From the human T2T-CHM13v2.0 reference genome, Homo sapiens, in assembly GCF_009914755.1 (NCBI RefSeq), contig NC_060937.1: a stretch of 64,000 bases of DNA; one strand, 5' to 3'. The first letter of the stretch is position 1; every line of letters starts with the position of its first letter. A program made the translations under genes and the position numbers. Positions 55,657-64,000 of the stretch are shown here, piece by piece. The notes beneath the pieces are model-generated. The model was not told the DNA's origin. It did no database searches and saw nothing but the letters and a program-made list of their open reading frames with translations.

Positions 55657-56204
55657 TCATATTTTTAGGTGTCGGCTACATTTTCCTTTTTTTCTTAACT
55701 TTTATTTTAGGCTTGGGGCACATGTGCAGGTTTGCTACATAGGTAAACTTGTGCCACAGTGGCTTGTTATACAGATTAGTTAATCACTCAGGTACTAAGC
55801 CTAGTACCAAATGTTATTTTTTTCTGCTCTTCTCCCTCCTGCCACCCCCCACTCTCAAGCAGGCCCCAGTGTCTGTTGTTCTCTTCTTTGTGTCCATGAG
55901 TTCTCATCGTTTAGCTCCCTCTTATAAGTGAAAACGTGCAGTATTTGGGTATATTCCCAGAGGAATATAAATCATTCTACCATAAAGATACATGCACGCA
56001 AATATTCATTGCACCGCTATTTACTATAGCAATGACATGGGATCAACCTCAATGCCCATCAGTGACAGACTGGATAAAGAAAATGTGGTACATATACACC
56101 ATGGAATACTGTGGAGACATAAAAAAGAATGGGATTGTGTCTTTTGCAGGAACATGATGGAGCTGGGGGCTATTATCTTAGCAAACTGACACAGGAATAG
56201 AAAG
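55657..56204 (-). mobile_element. Old L1PA (PA13-16-like) 3' end with 5' inversion
   Basis: Minus 3'UTR 55681-55948, plus-strand ORF2 end 55947-56204, 15-bp TSD ccatgcacctttctt (55642-55656, 56205-56219). Confidence 0.93.
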
Positions 56205-57731
56205 CCATGCACCTTTCTTAAAGGCACTCTTTTCTCTGACCATTTGGGTTTCCTTGAAATGCTTCCTTTCCCTTGTAGGAGACACCATCTCCTTAACAGA
56301 TTTTTATTAAAATAAAAGCAATGAGATCCAGAACATTCTGAATTTCTTTCTGATTAATACAAATGAAATATTAATTAAATATGTCTTATCTGTGTTAATG
56401 GGCATGATTGCAAACTAATTCTTATTCCCTTTTTTATGGGAAGCAATTGGAATAGTATGAGTTAATTTAGTTTGAGCAACTAAAAGAAGTATGTTTAATC
56501 TCTGTAATATATTCTATATATTATGTAGCAACTTCAAAATTGCTTACAAACAATATCACAAAAATATTATCTTGTGTACAAAACTATCAGCTTTTTTCAC
56601 TATCTGCCAGGTAGTAAAAAGAAATTCTGTAAACATTCTGTCTTATTATTTGTTTGGTATGAGTAACATTTCTTAAAACTAGTAACATGGTCATTTCTAA
56701 TCATTATCAAGTATTATGTACTATACATAATTATATGTGCTATATTTTTATAGATTCAAAGAGTACATTTGCAGGTTTTTTAAGCTGTAAACATTAGAAT
56801 GTCTGGATTAAGACAGGAATAATTTAATTATCCACTTATATTGTGTTCCTGTGATCAGATGAAAAGCAAATGTCTGAAAGCATTTTGTAACTTCTAATTT
56901 ATTAGGGAACATTTTATATTGCCTATCCTTCATTCAAAGTCATTTTGTAGTTTCTGAGTTGTCTAATGAAGCAGGATTCATGCTAAAATCATTTTACTTA
57001 TTTCTAAAAACTACAGGTTTCTATTTTCTATCCTTTCTATGTACAAGCTATTAGAAAACATTTATTTTCACATTTTGACTGAAATGACTTTAGAATAGTT
57101 AGAGAGTTTATGATCCAAATATGTACTTTCTATTTTACCAATTTTTATTGGTAAGTTGTCTAAAATGATAAAACACTTATTTAAAAGCTATTTACTTGGC
57201 GCAGAGTTCATTCTCTTTGCTTTCAGAAGATGTGTTCTTAGGGACAGGGCACAGAAAAGGCTGGGCAATCCCCTGGGTCTACCGCAAGGTTAATGCTGCC
57301 TTTGAGTCACTTTGTTAATGACTGGTGGTCTCAGTTCTGATTGACTCTAACATTTTCCTAATTGCCTACCAGGATTGGTATCGTGTTTCATAGTCTGTCT
57401 CCTAGAGAAGAGCTATGGCTTCACTCAATGACCTGTACGCTTTCCCTAAATTATATAACAGAGATTGGCTATTTTGAGGTGAAGTCTTGTTTTGCTTTGA
57501 ATGACCGTATCTAAACTGAACTTATGTGTGTTAACCTACCACTGGGGAAGAGAGGAACAAATGGATGGGTGTTTCTGGGCATGGTCCAACCAGTGGACAT
57601 TTCTTGGATTCCAACAATAGGGCTGGAAGTGAGCTGGCCACTGTAGAGTATGTAAAGATGAGTAAATAATGGTTCTGCCCTTGGGCAGTTACAACTTACT
57701 TGGAAAGACCTTTATTTGCCTATTCATAGCT

Positions 57732-57900
57732 TAGGAGGCAGTATGGTGCACAAACTTTGGAATCAGGACAAATGAGTTTATATCCTACCTATGTGATTTA
57801 TTAGTTGTGAAACTTAAAGGGAATTACTTAACTTTTCTGTGACTCAGTGTAAAGAAGGCAAAATGATACCACTTATCCCATAAAGTTGTTCTGTAATGAA
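57732..57900 (+). mobile_element. MIR fragment
   Basis: gaggcagtatggtg..actttggaatcag..ttacttaacttttctgtgactcagt. Confidence 0.75.
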
Positions 57901-58165
57901 GTTCCTGGTTCTGCTGGGGTTACCTCCATAATGCTAAATTATAGGTATATATACTTAGGTCTTGATTTGGAAAATGTATATGTTACTTTTGGACCCTTCA
58001 ATATCAAAAATGAAGCATTATTTGATTTTCCCCAGCCTTTCTTTCCTCTGTGTCTCTAAACTAATGGTTGTCTTTATTATTTTTAGTAATTCTATTGGTT
58101 ACCTTTTGACAAACTATTTGAACCTCTGTTCCTTGTTCCATCAAGTTTAGACAATATTTTATCAC

Positions 58166-60992
<2,827 letters not shown>

Positions 60993-61055
60993 TATGATGT
61001 TAGCTGGTTATTTTGCTCGTTAGTTGATGCAGTTTCTTCTTAGCCTCGATGGTCT

Positions 61056-62075
61056 TTACAATTTGGCATGTTTTTGCAGTGGCTGGTACCGGTTGTTCCT
61101 TTCTATGTTTAGTGCTTCCTTCAGGAGCTCTTGTAAGGCAGGCCTGGTGGTGACAAAATCTCTTATCATTTGCTTGTCTGTAAAGGATATTATTTCTCCT
61201 TCACTTATGAAGCTTAGTTTGGCTGGATATGAAATTCTGGGTTGAAAATTCTTTTCTTTAAGAATGTTGAATATTGGCCCCCACTCTCTTCTGGCTTGTA
61301 GGGTTTCTGCCGAGAGGGATCCGCTGCTAGTCTGATCAGCTTTCCTTTGTGAGTAACCTGACCTTTCTCTCTTGCTGCCCTTTACATTTTTTTCCTCATT
61401 TCAACCTTGGCAAATCTGACAATTACGTGTCTTGGGGTTGCTCTTCTCGAGGAGTATCTTTGTGGTGTTCTCTGTATTTCCCGAATTTGAATGTTGACCT
61501 GCCTTGCTAGGTTGGGGAAGTTCTCCTGGGTAATATCCTGAAGAGCGTTTTCTAACTTGGTTCCCATTCTTCCTGTCACTTTCAGGTACACCAGTCAAAC
61601 ATAGATTTGGTCTTTTCACGTAGTCCCATATTTGTTGGAGTTTTTGTTCATTTCCTTTCACTCTTTTTTTTCTCTAATATTGTCTTCTTTCTTTATTTCA
61701 TTAATTTGATTTTAATCACTGATACCCTTTCTTCCACTTGATTGAATTGGCTATTGAAGCTTGTGTATGCTTCACGAAGTTCTTGTACTGTGTTTTTCAG
61801 CTCCTTCAGGTCTTCTCTACATTCGTTATTCTAGATAGCCATTCGTCTAACAGTTTTTCAAGGTTTTTAGCTTCCTTGCAATGGGTTACAACATGCTCCC
61901 TTAGCTCAGAGAAGTTTGTTATTATCAACCTTCTGAAGCCTGCTTCTGTCAACTCGTCAAACTCATTCTCCATCCAGTTTTGTTCCCTTGCTGGTGAGGA
62001 GTTGTGTTCCTTTGGAGGTGAGGAGGCATTTGGGATTTTGGAATTTTCAGCCTTTCTGCTCTGGTTTCCCCTAAT
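61056..62075 (-). pseudogene. L1 ORF1, disrupted (start codon mutated to ATT)
   Basis: Fragments IWDYVKRPNL and QENFPNLARQ..RATPRHVIVRF are in different frames. TAA at 61056-61058. Confidence 0.92.
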
Positions 62076-62672
62076 CTTTGTGGTTTTATCTACCTTTGGT
62101 CTTTGATGTTGGTGACCTACGGATGGGGTTTTGGTGTGGATGTCCTTCTTGTTGATGTTGATGCTATTCCTTTCTGTTTGTTAGTTTTCCTTCTAACAGG
62201 CCCCTCAGCTGCAGGTCTGTTGGAGTTTGCCAGAGGTTCACTCCAGACTCTGTTTGCCTGGGTACCACCAGCAGAGGCTGCAGAACAGCAAATATTGCTG
62301 CCTGATCCTTCCTCTGGAAGCTTCATCCCAGAGGAGCACCCACCTGTATGAGGTGTCTGTTGGCCCCAACTGGGAGATGTCTCCCAGTCAGGCTACACAG
62401 GGGTCAGGGACCCACTTGAGGAGGCAGTCTGTCCGTTGTCAGAGCTCGAACGCTGCACCAGGAGAACTACTGCTCTCTTTAGAGCTGTCAGGCAGGGATG
62501 TTTAAGTCTGGAGAAGCTGTCTGCTGCCTTTTGTTCAGATATACCCTGCCCCCAGAGGTGGAATCTAGAGAGGCAGTAGGCCTTGCTGAGCTGCAGTGGG
62601 CTCCACCCAGTTCAAGCTTCCCTGCAGCTTTGTTACACTGTGAGCATAGAACCGTCTGCTCAAGCCTCAGCA

Positions 62673-62981
62673 ATGGCAGATGCCCCTTCCCCCACCAAGC
62701 TCCAGCAACCCAGGTTGATCTCAGACTGCTGCGCTAACAGCGAGCAAGGCTCCGTGGGCATGGGACCTGCCGAGCCAGGCCGGTTGCAAAGACTGTGGGG
62801 AAAGTGCAGTATTTGGGCAGGAGTGTACCGTTCCTCCAGGTACAGTCACTCAGGGCTTCCCTTGGCTAGGAAAGGGAAATCCCCAGATCCCTTGTGCTTC
62901 CCAGATGAGGCAACGCTCTGCCCTGCTTTGGCTTGCCCTCTGTGGGCCGCACCCACTGTCCATCCTGTCCCAGTGAGATGA
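62673..62981 (+). CDS. L1 antisense ORF0 homologue, open 102-aa frame (translation unproven)
   Basis: MADAPSPTKLQQPRLISDCCANSEQGSVGMGPAEPG.. resembles primate ORF0 (MAGAPPPASLPPCSLISDCCASNQRDSVGVGPSEPG.., recalled). Kozak context gcaATGg. Confidence 0.55.
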   Translation: MADAPSPTKLQQPRLISDCCANSEQGSVGMGPAEPGRLQRLWGKCSIWAGVYRSSRYSHSGLPLARKGKSPDPLCFPDEATLCPALACPLWAAPTVHPVPVR

Positions 62982-63061
62982 ACCAGGTACCTTAGATGGA
63001 AATGCAGAAATCACCCATCTTCTGCGTTGATCTCACTGGGAGCTGTTGACTGGAGCTGTTC

Positions 63062-63080
63062 CTATTCGGCCATCTTGGAA
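63062..63080 (-). promoter_or_regulatory. L1 5'UTR YY1 site
   Basis: caagatggccg on the minus strand at the L1 5' end. Confidence 0.8.
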
Positions 63081-63089
63081 GTGACTCCC

Positions 63090-63186
63090 TATTTGTATAA
63101 ATTTAAAGGATACAAGTGAAGTTTTGTTATACAGATATATTGAATAATGAAGTCTAGGCTTTTATTGTAATTATCATCTGAATAAT
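63090..63186 (-). mobile_element. Short L1MA 3' terminal fragment
   Basis: tatttgtataaatttaaaggatacaagtgaagttttgttata..gaagtctaggctttta. Confidence 0.7.
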
Positions 63187-63635
63187 TTTTTAAAGTTCTC
63201 TTTGTTTTCTGGATTATGTTTTCTCTCGTATCAATTAAATTTAAAATGTTTGGATAAGAAATAGACTGACACCTTGACCTTCAACCTCTCTCCTCACACT
63301 AGTTTTCCACAGGCAAATTGCTTAATTTCTATTTAAAAATAGATGGGGGTGGTTACTTCATTTATTTTGCCTAGAGGTGAATTCTGAGCTGCTTATTGTT
63401 GGCACCTGCTAGAATAAAGATGGGAGGTTAGAAACTGGTATATTTCTATAGCCACCCATTTCCTTTTCTGTTTCCCTCCCCTCCCTTCCTAGTTACCAGT
63501 GGACTCTGAATTTTCAGGTTGCTCTGGTGCTTCTCCAGGAAGATTGGCTGTTACCTCTACAGCCGACAGGTTATACTAGCTACTGACAATATAATGCAGC
63601 AGGAACTGTGGACGTTTTCCTGATGTTTTAGTGTT

Positions 63636-63667
63636 ACACACACACACACACGCAAACACACACACAC
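63636..63667. repeat. Interrupted (AC)n microsatellite
   Basis: Dinucleotide run. Confidence 0.9.
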
Positions 63668-63859
63668 CACTCAAATTCAGGTCTTTAATTATCTGTTTTG
63701 CTATCATTTATTTCAGATGATTTCAAATCCATGACTTTGAAAGATCTTCAAATGAAATTATTTTGCCACCTAGTTAGAATGCTTTGGTCTCATTATCAAG
63801 TTTCTTTTATAATGTACCTATTAGGAATGAACGTGATGAGAATCAGTAAATAACAAATC

Positions 63860-64000
63860 TAAACATATTAATTCACTTGTTCTACAGCTACTTACTGTGT
63901 ACGCTATGATGTGGGCATTGTGTTAGGCTCTGGTGACAAAGCAGTTAAAGACACTGTTCCTGACCTCAAGAACTTTGTACTTTAGTCAGCAAGATATGCA
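63860..64000 (-). mobile_element. L2 3' end
   Basis: tactgtgtacgctatgatgtgggcattgtgttaggctctggtgaca..cctgacctcaagaact. Confidence 0.75.

Overview
This is primate (catarrhine, probably human or another hominoid) AT-rich, non-coding genomic DNA. Roughly half or more is interspersed repeat: 8 Alus, L1s of many ages (including a ~4.9 kb 3'-truncated L1PA7-like copy), L2, MIR, MaLR/ERV1 solo LTRs, DNA-transposon relics and microsatellites. I recognise no host protein-coding exon, RNA gene or CRISPR array. Apart from L1 ORF1/ORF2/ORF0 remnants, the ORF track looks like chance or repeat-derived ORFs. Most L1s lie on the minus strand, which weakly suggests a long intron of a plus-strand gene. The strongest unexplained signals are: (1) an ~87-bp inverted pair of apparently non-repeat sequence 7.2 kb apart (21842-21927 / 29106-29193); (2) a locally templated 126-bp insertion that copies a unique L1 junction (48452-48578 to 50184-50309); (3) a recursive-splice-site-like CAG|GTAAGA behind a ~100-nt AG-free tract (26224-26333); and (4) an open L1 ORF0 homologue. 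Repeat subfamily names are from memory of consensus sequences, and boundaries of old repeats are approximate.
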